Positions 36,397 through 46,700 of a stretch of DNA of 64,000 nucleotides are shown in pieces. Origin of the DNA: Clostridiales bacterium (lineage in GTDB: Bacteria; Bacillota; Clostridia; Christensenellales; CAG-314). Made by a program: the position numbers and the translations under genes. The notes beneath the pieces are model-generated. The model was not told the origin of the DNA. It saw only the letters and a list, made by a program, of their open reading frames with translations, and searched no databases. How positions within the stretch are numbered: the first letter of the stretch is position 1; every line of letters starts with the position of its first letter. The DNA is taken from positions 104,323-168,322 of the forward strand of contig JAFLVJ010000002.1 in assembly GCA_022508375.1 (NCBI GenBank). Direction: 5' to 3'.

Positions 36397-39300
36397 TTAT
36401 TCGGTAACTTCCGTCTTTTCAAGGTCGCGAGTCTTGCCGCTACTGGATAATACCTTCAAGATATAAGTTTTCGTTTCGGCGTCTGCGTTTGCCTTTACTT
36501 TTACAGTCAGGGTACCGTCGGCATTGGCTGTGTAACCTTCAATGATGTAGGTAACGGAATTGTAAGTGAAGTTTTCAATTCCGATAATTTTGTCGTTCAA
36601 ATCGACTATAACGTAAGCCGCGCCTGCGCCGTTATCCAATCTTCCGTAAATAACGCTACCGATGTATTCAACAGTAACGGTTTCGGCTGTCTCGCCTTGT
36701 TGAGGAACGTACGTCACATAGTACAGATAGGGAGTGTACTTTGTTGAAACGTTGTACGGATCGCCCAGTTCAGCACGGAACTTGTATTGGCTAACCTTAG
36801 TGATATTGAAGATGGTTGCAGTTTCCCAACCGTCAGTGTCTTTCCACTCGATATTTTCAATCTCTACGTTGTCTTTGTTGTCAACCAGGAAGGTAACGCG
36901 CCATTCGTTATCCGATTCGAGGGTGGGCATTCTGCCAAGTTCGGATACTGTGCAGGTAGTGCTGGAAGTGATTGCAATTTGAATTACTATGTTGTTGGAG
37001 TCGGTGAAACGAATCGTATGTGACTTTGCATCGAATTGAGCGTCGAGCGTCTCGTCACCGTAGTTGAGACTAACTTCGTAACTGTAGTACAGACCGTTGT
37101 AATCGAATACGAGATTGATTACAACCGTCTTGCTGTCATCGGCTGTCAACTGAACGTCTCTACCCAAGGCAACGTACACTTCATTGTTAACAGTAAAGCC
37201 GTTAAGCGTACCGGATTCGCTACCTTCGGTGTTGTAAGCCGTACCTTCTTCATTGAGCAGATAAACGGTAACCTTGTCACCATCTACCTTGTACAGACCG
37301 AGTGTTTTGCCCGGTTCAAGCTCCCACCAGCCTTCAACCAAGTTTTTAACAAGACCGCCGGATAGTTCTACAAATCCGCCACTTGTAAAGTTGTAGTAGC
37401 GTTCGTTTTCCTCACCGCTCTTGAAACCGATGTTGTCTTTAACGGAAGCAAGTCCTTCGTCGGTGTACAGCGCATTAACCGCGTTGATATCTGTAACCAC
37501 AATACGTACACTGATGGTGTTGCCGGGGTTGAGTGATGCGCCTTCGCTGCAGGTAAATACGTCTTTACCCCAGGAAATTGCGGTAGCGTTTGCTACTCCC
37601 GTAAGGTCAATGACCATTACGCCAACCTGACGAACGTGTGAGAACGCTCTGTCGCCAATCGACTCTATTGCACCGAGCGTCATACTTGTTACGCGACTAC
37701 CGAAGAACGCTTCTTCGCCGATTGTAACAACGCCGGGCAGGTTAACTGTTGTAAGGTTGTATATTTGGGCAAAAGCTCTTGCGCCAACGTAAGTGATCTT
37801 GTCGGAAATAACTTCAGTCAGATCTGAGTAATAGAAAGCTCCGTCGTCAATACGTGTAACGTTGTTGAAGTTTACCTTTGTCACGCGTGAAGCGGCGAAT
37901 GCGTTCTTGGCGATGCGAGTAACGCTTGCGGGAATGGTGATTTCCGTATCGTCACTGACGTAAGCGTACAGCACTCCGTCGCGTATGATAAAGCCGTTGT
38001 CCGCTTGCGCAACGCGGAAAGTGTTGTCATCAAGTAATTCAAAGTACAGCGTATCCGTTTGATTGTCGGGATACAGTGCTACCAGCCAATCGGTGATATA
38101 ACCGTATGAACCGACAGTAAGTGCGCCGTACTTATCTACGTATATTGCGCTCATGTAGCCGTCCAGTAGCAGGTAAGCCCATTCCTGTGAGATGAACTCG
38201 CCTTCGTTTTCGGCAACGTAAACTGCGTATTCGTAAATATATCCGTCCGTTCCACCCATGTTTGCAGTCATATAAATTGCAAACAGGAAGACTGTTTCGT
38301 TGTCATCACCGATGTAACGGTAAGCGTAGTCGTCAATTTCCGTTGCCATTTGGTAGGTACCGTTGCCACAAACAGCTCCGCTTGCGTCATACAGCGTTGC
38401 GTTTCCGTGACCGTCAAGGTATATCTTGGCGTTTGTAGCTCTGCCATCTTCAACCAGACGGAACGCGCCCGATTGATAAGTACGCATTTGCGCTACAGTC
38501 TTGTTGCTTGCTGTAACAAGGTCGAATATCAGCTGTTGATAACTGCCGTCGGAAAGTATTGTAAATACCAATACCTTGCGCATATCGTCAGTGGTGGCGT
38601 GACTAAACAGTCGTGTATCGTACTCGCTGTCGTCGTACTCACCTATTTCCAATATGCCTTGGTAAGTTATGCCGTCTGCGTCCGTGTAGGATGCAAGGGA
38701 GATATATCCCAATCCTTCGTAGTAGCCGTAGCCGTCACCGCTAAGATGTCCGCCACCTTCCACGTCGTAATCGGCCTCCTGAGCCACGTCTTTGACAAAG
38801 TAAATTTCGTCAGTGGCAAACAGAATAATATTGAAGCTGAGCGTATCGCTGTAACCGTACTGTACAGTGACAGCGTATTCGTCGTATTTTTTGTTTTCCA
38901 CCTTTACGTATTCACCGACGTACACTTCGGTGCTGTAACCGGTTGTCTCAACGTAATATATTGTTCCGTCGCCGTCCAATACAATGTAGTAATAGTAGCG
39001 TGCGGTGCCATATATAAATTGATATTGCGAAGCAAGGTCGTCATAGTAACCAGCTTCGGGTCCGACAAACTTGAAGGTGTTTTCTTCTTCGTCCACCTTG
39101 ATAAGCCAGTAACTGCCGTCTTTTACCAAAGCGTACAGGACGATATTTTCCTCGTAATACTCGACATAACTGTAGTAAACCAAATATTGGTAATTTGTTA
39201 TTTCGCCGTTGACGGTTGTAAGCGTAGCGTTGCCAAATCCGTCAAATACGAGCTTGCTGCCCTCCTCGTTTTCCAGTTCCATTGTGTTCGCCAGTATGGT

Positions 39301-42057
39301 AAACACGCCGTCTTCAACTGAATAATAAAAGTTGAACAAGTATTTGGGGATATTTACAGACTTGTCGTAGCTGTTGGCGTTGGAATATTCGAAGCTGAAA
39401 ATACCGTCATCTTCATCGTACACGTTACCTTCAAGCGCGTAGTAGTAACTGCCGTTGGTATAGAAACCGATTGCGGCGCTCCACATAAAGCCGTAATATT
39501 CATCGTAAATGACCATGCGCACGGGAGAATCCGTTTGTGTATCGGTCAAATCTATCACTTCGGCCTCAATTACGGACATATTACCGTAATCGTTAAAGTA
39601 TGCAAATACGTATTGTGTGCCGTCAAGATCGAAGATGTAAAGCGCGTACAGAGTGTAGCCGTAGCCTTGTTCTTTGACGTATTGTACCGTGTGAGCGACG
39701 CCGTCTTTCGGGGTGTAGGTTGCAACGCCCTCCTCGTCGATAACCAGTTTTCCGTTTGCATCATCAAAGAAAGTGATTTCAACCTGTTTTTCCGGTTCAA
39801 GCTCGGCGTAGCCGTTGGAGTTGATTATAAAGCGTGTTCCGTATTCGGATAACTCGTAAACGCCGTTAGTTGCTTTAAGGGGCAAACCTTCATTGTAGTC
39901 ATATACAATCCACAGCGGATATTCGCCGTAATCGCCTATCTGAATAAGCAGAACAGCACAATTTTGTATTTTGGCTGCTTCACTGTATCCTGCGAATACG
40001 TAAATGAGCGCGTTTAACGTTTCGCCGTCAATGTCGAAACCGTTTTCGAATTCGTAAATGCCGAACAGTTCCGCATCAATCCAGTCGTAGTCGTAGTCCT
40101 CGTAGTTATCCAACGAGCGGGGACGAATCTTATATTCCTTCGATTCACCTACAACGCGGAAGCTTACCCAGTAGTCGTACAGCATGGACACGCTTTCGCT
40201 ATCCATGTCATAAAGGAAAAATACTTGCGAATGTGATTCGTATGTGATTGTTTTACCGCCATACGTGCCGCCACCGAAACCGTCAAGGTACAGTATTTCG
40301 CCATCGGGGGTAACATATTCGCCACGGTTGGGGTGATATACGCCCGTAAATCCGTCGCCACGAAGCATCGAACCCTTAGTCTGCTGACCGTTTACTACCT
40401 TCGAACCTTCGGCAAGACGGAAGTCAAACATGTGAGCGTAGGAATCCTCTACAACCGAGTACAGCGAATAGGTAACAAAGTTGTCGCCTTCGTCAATCGA
40501 GTAGTAGATGAGGGGTAGCTCGGTGTAGTAAGCGTCGTAATATTCGTCGTAGTAGGGATTGGTCTTGCTGTAAATTTCCCAACCTTCGCCAAATCCGTTA
40601 AGGTAGTACAGTACAACGCCATCATTGCTTTCATTTGTAGCGGGAATGTAGTAGCCTGCCTCTTCACTCTGAATACGGAATTGAACCACGCCGCGGTAAG
40701 AACCGTCATTTACCAGTTCGAGACGGTACACGAAGTTGACTGTGTCCGATTGGAACAGGTAAAAACCTTCATCGTTGACGTCGTATGTGCCGATTGTTTT
40801 AGCGTTGTTTTTGTCAATATAGACAGCAACACCGCCTGCTTTCATTTCCAACGTTGCGCTACTTCCGTCGTAACTGGTGTACACCTTTTCGACGGAATCT
40901 CTGTAATAGTAGAAGGCATTGCCCACAACCTTACCGCTAAGCATTTCGGTGCCGTCCTCTTCGAACGAGAATGCATTTGTGGTCTTGTCGAAGGTACCGT
41001 ATTTTTCCTCGATACCGATTCGGTCCAGTATAGCCAGTCCATCTTCGAGGTGAGGAATAAACAGATAGTCGGTGCCACCGAACAGGTCGTAGTAAGCTAC
41101 GTCCCATTGCGCGTACATGTAGTAATCCATGTCAACAAGCAGCTTATCACCCTCGAAGTAATAAACGCCGTTTGCGTCCGATTCCTCAACCGTTTGCGTC
41201 CAAGCTGCAAAACGCAGTCCGTCGCCACTAAATATTGCGCCTACGATTTCGACGGTGTTACCGTACAATACTTCCTCGTAGTCGAAATCTTGTGAGTTAG
41301 CGGGGTTGAAGTAGTAAACCGAATATTTGTCGCGAGCAAGGTAGGCGGTAAAAGTTTCGCCTTTACCGAGACTGTTGCTGCTCAGTTTATTGTTTTGCGT
41401 ACTGTCAACGTGGAAGTGCGCCTTGTTGGATGTGTAGGTAAATTGTTCGCCGTAAAACGCCTTTTCCGTCACCGTTTGCGCAGTAGCGGGGTAGTTTCCG
41501 TCAACGTCCTGCTCGTAAAGGTTGAGCGTGTAGTTAACGTAGTACTTCGCCTTGAGCGTGAGATTTCTGTTCGGCATCGTATCCGATTCGGATACGGCAT
41601 TGTCACCGTTATACCAACCGGCAAATTCCAAACCGGATTGAACTGTGGGAACAATGTCTTTGAGGAAGTTGCTCAAGTTCGTTCCCGGAGTAACAGCGTA
41701 ACTGCTATTGGCAAGAGTACCGCCCGTTGATGCGTCCAATGTGAGCGTCACTTGGGAGTTTGGAGTCGTCCACTTAGCGTAGTAAGTTACGTTCTTTTCG
41801 GGCATTTTGGAGGGAATTTCCTGCCTTACTCCACTGAAATCCTTTTCTAAATACCAACCTGCAAAGGTGTAGCCTTCACGCGTGGGGTCGGCTGGTGGAG
41901 TGATATCCTCTCCGGCTTTTGCTTTTATTGCCTTAATTTCCGTACCGCCGTTAGTCACAAACTTCATCGTGACCTTGCCCGTGCATGCCGAAAGACTCAA
42001 TGCAAGCACGAAAATAACGGCAAGAAGCAGCAATAAACTTTTTTGCGGTTTTTTCAT
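36397..42057 (-). CDS. Giant (1886 aa) surface lipoprotein: N-terminal Listeria-Bacteroides-type repeats, a long Tyr/Asp/Gly-rich repeated region of unknown family, and a C-terminal BspA-type leucine-rich repeat region
   Basis: Lipobox 'LSLSAC|TG'. AAGGAG RBS. 'REGYTFAGWYLEKDFSG...YYAKW' and 'GLEFAGWYNGDN...LKAKY' are flg_new/List-Bact repeats. 'ITIPASVTRIAKNAFAASRVTKVNFNNVTRIDDGAFYYSDLTEVISDKITYVGARAFAQ...LPGVVTIGEEAFFGSRVTSMTLGAIESIGDRAFS' is an LRR_5/BspA-like region. Confidence 0.85.
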   Translation of the reverse strand: MKKPQKSLLLLLAVIFVLALSLSACTGKVTMKFVTNGGTEIKAIKAKAGEDITPPADPTREGYTFAGWYLEKDFSGVRQEIPSKMPEKNVTYYAKWTTPNSQVTLTLDASTGGTLANSSYAVTPGTNLSNFLKDIVPTVQSGLEFAGWYNGDNAVSESDTMPNRNLTLKAKYYVNYTLNLYEQDVDGNYPATAQTVTEKAFYGEQFTYTSNKAHFHVDSTQNNKLSSNSLGKGETFTAYLARDKYSVYYFNPANSQDFDYEEVLYGNTVEIVGAIFSGDGLRFAAWTQTVEESDANGVYYFEGDKLLVDMDYYMYAQWDVAYYDLFGGTDYLFIPHLEDGLAILDRIGIEEKYGTFDKTTNAFSFEEDGTEMLSGKVVGNAFYYYRDSVEKVYTSYDGSSATLEMKAGGVAVYIDKNNAKTIGTYDVNDEGFYLFQSDTVNFVYRLELVNDGSYRGVVQFRIQSEEAGYYIPATNESNDGVVLYYLNGFGEGWEIYSKTNPYYDEYYDAYYTELPLIYYSIDEGDNFVTYSLYSVVEDSYAHMFDFRLAEGSKVVNGQQTKGSMLRGDGFTGVYHPNRGEYVTPDGEILYLDGFGGGTYGGKTITYESHSQVFFLYDMDSESVSMLYDYWVSFRVVGESKEYKIRPRSLDNYEDYDYDWIDAELFGIYEFENGFDIDGETLNALIYVFAGYSEAAKIQNCAVLLIQIGDYGEYPLWIVYDYNEGLPLKATNGVYELSEYGTRFIINSNGYAELEPEKQVEITFFDDANGKLVIDEEGVATYTPKDGVAHTVQYVKEQGYGYTLYALYIFDLDGTQYVFAYFNDYGNMSVIEAEVIDLTDTQTDSPVRMVIYDEYYGFMWSAAIGFYTNGSYYYALEGNVYDEDDGIFSFEYSNANSYDKSVNIPKYLFNFYYSVEDGVFTILANTMELENEEGSKLVFDGFGNATLTTVNGEITNYQYLVYYSYVEYYEENIVLYALVKDGSYWLIKVDEEENTFKFVGPEAGYYDDLASQYQFIYGTARYYYYIVLDGDGTIYYVETTGYSTEVYVGEYVKVENKKYDEYAVTVQYGYSDTLSFNIILFATDEIYFVKDVAQEADYDVEGGGHLSGDGYGYYEGLGYISLASYTDADGITYQGILEIGEYDDSEYDTRLFSHATTDDMRKVLVFTILSDGSYQQLIFDLVTASNKTVAQMRTYQSGAFRLVEDGRATNAKIYLDGHGNATLYDASGAVCGNGTYQMATEIDDYAYRYIGDDNETVFLFAIYMTANMGGTDGYIYEYAVYVAENEGEFISQEWAYLLLDGYMSAIYVDKYGALTVGSYGYITDWLVALYPDNQTDTLYFELLDDNTFRVAQADNGFIIRDGVLYAYVSDDTEITIPASVTRIAKNAFAASRVTKVNFNNVTRIDDGAFYYSDLTEVISDKITYVGARAFAQIYNLTTVNLPGVVTIGEEAFFGSRVTSMTLGAIESIGDRAFSHVRQVGVMVIDLTGVANATAISWGKDVFTCSEGASLNPGNTISVRIVVTDINAVNALYTDEGLASVKDNIGFKSGEENERYYNFTSGGFVELSGGLVKNLVEGWWELEPGKTLGLYKVDGDKVTVYLLNEEGTAYNTEGSESGTLNGFTVNNEVYVALGRDVQLTADDSKTVVINLVFDYNGLYYSYEVSLNYGDETLDAQFDAKSHTIRFTDSNNIVIQIAITSSTTCTVSELGRMPTLESDNEWRVTFLVDNKDNVEIENIEWKDTDGWETATIFNITKVSQYKFRAELGDPYNVSTKYTPYLYYVTYVPQQGETAETVTVEYIGSVIYGRLDNGAGAAYVIVDLNDKIIGIENFTYNSVTYIIEGYTANADGTLTVKVKANADAETKTYILKVLSSSGKTRDLEKTEVTE

Positions 42058-42202
42058 GGTATATTCTCCTTTTCAAATTGATAATTGTACAAGTATATCA
42101 TTACGATGTGTTTTTTGTCAACGTGCGCACGCAATATAATATATATTAACTAAAATTTAATAACGTATATATAGCATTGATATATAATTTCGCGGGTATG
42201 TA

Positions 42203-42232
42203 TTGACTTTATATTTATTTTAATACTATAAT
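42203..42232 (+). promoter_or_regulatory. Candidate promoter of the GH16 gene
   Basis: TTGACT(42203-42208)-18 bp-TATAAT(42227-42232). Confidence 0.45.
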
Positions 42233-42265
42233 TGTATGGTTATGGAACAAATGGAAAATTTCGCT

Positions 42266-43687
42266 ATGAAAAAAACAGGCTTTACAAGAGTTTTATCTTG
42301 CATTTTGGTGATACTGACGGTATTGCTTTTCGGCGGTTGCGAACTGTTGGGTGCTACCTCGAATAACGGCAATCCCGCTGTTTACATTTACCAAAGTGTA
42401 ATCGAACTTGAGGTTGGACAAACGGTTCAATTGCAGGTTATTTCCACCGACGACTCGGAAATCACGTGGGTATCCGGTGACGAGAGCGTTGCAACGGTAG
42501 TGAAAGGTCTTGTAATGGCTGTAGGCGTGGGCGAAAGCGTCATTACCGCGCTTGGGGACAGCGCAATGAGCTCCTGCACGGTAAAGGTCAAGCCCAAGCA
42601 ACAGCAATCCGCGCCTCCCGTTGATTCGGACACTCCCGACGTTTCGGGCAGTGGTGAAGTGTTCGTGCTTGTTATCAATGCGTTTACATTGGGTGTTGGC
42701 GAGAGCGTAACGCTACAAGCCACATCTACTTCAAACGATACAATATCATGGTCATCCTCCGTTCCCACTGTTGCAACTGTGAATAATGGCGTTGTTACAG
42801 CGCTCAGCGTAGGCGAAACGGTCATCACCGCCCAAACGAGCAAGGCTTCGGCGCAATGCACGATTACGGTAACCTTTTCCAGTTCGGATGACGCGGCAAA
42901 GCCCGGTTACAGACTCGCATGGCGCGACGAATTTAACGGAACAGCTCTTGATACCGACAAGTGGGGCTATCAACTGGGGATTCAGGACCATTACGGCACC
43001 TCGACAGGTCCCGTATTTTGGGGGAACGAGGAGCTTCAGTACTACACGCAGCAGGCGGTAACCGTATCGGACGGTTCGCTCAGGATAACCGCCACAAGGC
43101 AGGATATGCCCGATGGCAGAAGGTACTCCTCTGCGCGGATTCTTACACGTGACAAGGCAAGCTGGACCTACGGCTACTTCGAAGCGCGCATGAAGACGCC
43201 TACGGGGCAAGGAATGTGGCCGGCGTTTTGGATGCTACCTCAACCTTCCACAACTTCAAATAGCAACAACATTTACGGCAGTTGGCCCGCCAGTGGCGAA
43301 ATAGACATAATGGAAGCAAGGGGTAGGCTGCTCAACAGGGTAGATACAACCCTTCACTTTGGAGGCGCTTGGAACGAGCACGACTACGCTGGAACGTCAA
43401 CCATATTGGTTTCCAATACCGACGAGTGGCACACATACGCCTTGGAATGGACGGACAGCGACCTTACCTGGTATATCGACGGAAGGCAGGTGTTTACCGT
43501 CAATAAATCGCGGTGGTGGAGTCAGGACAAAAGTAACAAAGGTCAGTCCATGCCGTTTGATCAACCGTTTTACATTTTGCTCAATCTCGCCGTCGGTGGC
43601 AACTACGACAGCAAGGTGGAGCCGGACGAAACATTCACTTCCGCAACAATGTATGTTGATTACGTGCGCGTATATGAAAAAATTTAA
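42266..43687 (+). CDS. Glycoside hydrolase family 16 endo-beta-1,3(4)-glucanase (laminarinase-like) lipoprotein with two Big_2 domains
   Basis: Lipobox 'LLFGGC|EL'. Two Big_2-like modules ('LQVISTDDSEITWVSGDESVATV...' and 'LQATSTSNDTISWSSSVPTVATV...'). GH16 signature 'GEIDIMEARG' (ExDxxE) with 'WPAFWMLP'. The start is uncertain: the ORF is open from ATG 42236, and ATG 42266 gives a canonical MKK signal peptide. Confidence 0.88.
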   Translation: MKKTGFTRVLSCILVILTVLLFGGCELLGATSNNGNPAVYIYQSVIELEVGQTVQLQVISTDDSEITWVSGDESVATVVKGLVMAVGVGESVITALGDSAMSSCTVKVKPKQQQSAPPVDSDTPDVSGSGEVFVLVINAFTLGVGESVTLQATSTSNDTISWSSSVPTVATVNNGVVTALSVGETVITAQTSKASAQCTITVTFSSSDDAAKPGYRLAWRDEFNGTALDTDKWGYQLGIQDHYGTSTGPVFWGNEELQYYTQQAVTVSDGSLRITATRQDMPDGRRYSSARILTRDKASWTYGYFEARMKTPTGQGMWPAFWMLPQPSTTSNSNNIYGSWPASGEIDIMEARGRLLNRVDTTLHFGGAWNEHDYAGTSTILVSNTDEWHTYALEWTDSDLTWYIDGRQVFTVNKSRWWSQDKSNKGQSMPFDQPFYILLNLAVGGNYDSKVEPDETFTSATMYVDYVRVYEKI

Positions 43688-43796
43688 CTCGGGTATTGCG
43701 AAAAAGATTCCCCGTTTCAAATGTGATTTAACTCGGCTTATATATTTGCTTGCCGAATTAGATAGATAAATGTAAATTATTTTTTGGAGGTATAAA

Positions 43797-46700
43797 ATGA
43801 GAAAAACCAAGCTTTTATCATTGCTCGCTTTGCTGGTAATGGTATGCGTTGTTGTTACTGTCGCATTTGCAGCATGTAAAAACAACGGTTCCGGCGAAAT
43901 CAAACTTTCGCAAACGGAATTGAACCTTGTAGAAGGCGGTAACGCTCAACTTACCGCAACGGTAACAGGCTCGGACGAGGCAATCAGTTGGTCGGTTGAA
44001 CCTGCAGATGTAGTAAGTCTTACTCGCGTAACGGACAAGATTTACACAGTAAAGGCGTTAAAGGTTGGTACTGCAACTATAACGGTTAAATCAGGCGACC
44101 TCAGCGCAACCTGCGCCGTAACGGTTAGCGAAAAGGAAGTAGTAACCATCACATTGAACGGTCAGGCTGTAACAACTGCCAGCGTGGATATGGGCAATAC
44201 AATTACTCTTGCCGCATCATCTAACAAGGGCAACGCTATCACCGCTTGGACCAGCTCCAACGAAAATATCGCAACGGTTGCAAACGGCGTCGTATCAGGT
44301 TTGAAGCCCGGTAAGGTTACAATCAGCGCGCAAGTAACTGCTTCTATTAAGGCTGACATCGAAGTTACAGTTAACTCCGTAGGCGGATATGAATACTACG
44401 AAATCAGCGTTGTAAAACCTCCCGAAGCATTATCAAATACTCCCGGGGTTTGGGAATGCTGGACTGAGTGGGGACAATTTGCCGCGCTTAACTACGACAA
44501 CGGTACCGTAAACATTGACTTTACCGAAAACGGTGGCGCGTGGTACAACATTCAGTTGTTCCATATCGACACAGCAATAGATGCAGGTAAATTTTACAAA
44601 CTTACTTTCGATATCGACAGTTCCGAAGCAGGTCACATTACAGTCAACGGTAACGTTGTAGAGTTGCTTAAGGGCAAACATTCCTACGAAGTTTATTTCA
44701 CCAACGGCAACGGATTTAGTATTCAATTCGGTGTTGACGGCGTAGGTATTGATATCTTGGAAGCAAAAGTTGCAATTTCCAACATTCAATACACGGAAGA
44801 TACCAGCCGCGTAACGCTCAATGCTCCTTCCTTCACCTACAACAGCGATACTGGTGTTATTACAATTAACGATAGTAACTCGGCAGGTGTTAAGAATTAC
44901 GTTCTCAATCTGTACCAAAACGGTAAATACGTTACAGGTGTAACTATCGCTAAGAGCGGTGACGTAGTTGACTGGTCATTGGTTATCAGTGGAACTTATC
45001 AAGCTAAACTCAAGGCAATAGCTACAAACTCTCACTACATCGACTCTGAGGAATCTGCTGCTGTTGAAATCGTAGTTGTCAATGAGGGCGGTATTCACTA
45101 CACATTCCACAACGAACCGCCGATTGGTTCTGAAGGAAACACTGAAATGGACGCCGGTGGCGCAACCGCTAAGCAAACTCCCGGTATCTGGACTTACTGG
45201 TCTTCTTGGTGGGTAACCATTGACGGCGAATTCAAGAACGACAAACTTACCGTAACCTTCAGTAACAACACAGGTAACTGGACCGATACGCAATTGTTCT
45301 ACAAGCATCCCGGTCTTGAAAGTGGTAAGATTTACAAAATGCAACTGGAAATCGACTCCAACGCAGGCGGTAGAGTAACGCTCAACGGTGCCGAATTTAC
45401 AATAAAAGAAGGTAAACACGTTTACGATATCGTTTTCACGGAAAATGGTGGAACGTCCATTGCATTGGTATTCGGTCTTAACGGACAGGACACCGCTCAG
45501 GAAATACCTGCAGCTACGATGGTATTTGAAATCAAGGGCGTAACGGAAGTTGTAGCAAGCAAGCTTGCGGCTCCTTCCTTCACTTTGGAAGCGGATAACG
45601 TTATCAAGATTACCGACACCAACACGACAGGCGTAGGAAGATACGAGCTTGGTTTCTTCCAAGGCGGCGAATTGAAAACTACCGTTGTGGTAGTAAACAA
45701 CGAGTCGGTTGACCTCAGCAAGGTTGCTGCAGGCACCTACCAAGTTAAACTTAGAGCGATTGCTGCAAATGCGGCATATATTGACTCCGATTGGTCAACT
45801 GTTGCAGATCAAATCACTTCCGCAACGGAAAACACTCCCATAGCAAACGGTGAAGAAACCGACGCCTACACCCACCCCGGTAATTGGTACGAATGGCACG
45901 ACCAAAACTGGAACGGTTCTACGGTAAACGTATCCAAGGCGTATATCGATAAAGACGGCGCAATTAACTACAGTTTCAATATTGTTGCAGGCGCCAACAC
46001 CTACGATCAAGCGGCTCACCTGTATTATCATTACTCCGACAAGGTTGTAGGCTCAGCTTACACTTTGACGTTGAAAGTTAAATCCAGCGTTGCATGCACC
46101 GTTGATTTCTGCGGTGTGAAGAAGGCGTTGACGGTTGGCGATAACGATATTTCCGTTACCTTCAATCAACCCGCTCAAGGTAGTTCCTGGAACGGCAAGC
46201 CCATTGGCGCAACTATCCGCATTTACTTCAACAACAGCGGAGAATTCGTTCTTTCCAACATCAACGTTTCAAGCGCTACGCAAACGAAGCTTAACGCGCC
46301 TTCCTTTACAGTTGACAGCAGTTCGAAAGTTATCACCATTACGGACAGTAACGCAAGCGGAAGCGTAGGCAGATACGAACTCGGTTTCTTCCAAGGCGAA
46401 ACGCTCAAGACTACCGTAACTGTTACAAACGGACAGGCAGTAGCTCTCGGTACAGTTCCCTCCGGCACTTACACCGTTAAACTTAAGGCTATTGCCGCAA
46501 ATGCGGAATACATCGATTCCGATTGGTCCACAACTACGGCAACTATTGTTTCCGCAACGGAAAAAGTTGAAATAGGTTACCACGAAGAGCAAGACGCATT
46601 TACAGGTTGGGCTTACTGGGATTCCAAGGTATCGGCAGACTGGAACCAATGGACCAAAGCAACCTGTTCCAAGTGCGAGATGGACGTCAACGGCAAGGTT

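Noticed and set aside
38350-39321. 323-aa plus-strand ORF, plus similar ORFs at 40681-41295 and 41395-41730.
   Set aside because: They are antisense shadows of the 1886-aa gene. They are Val/Phe-rich, mirroring the sense strand's Tyr/Asp/Asn codons, and have no start signals.
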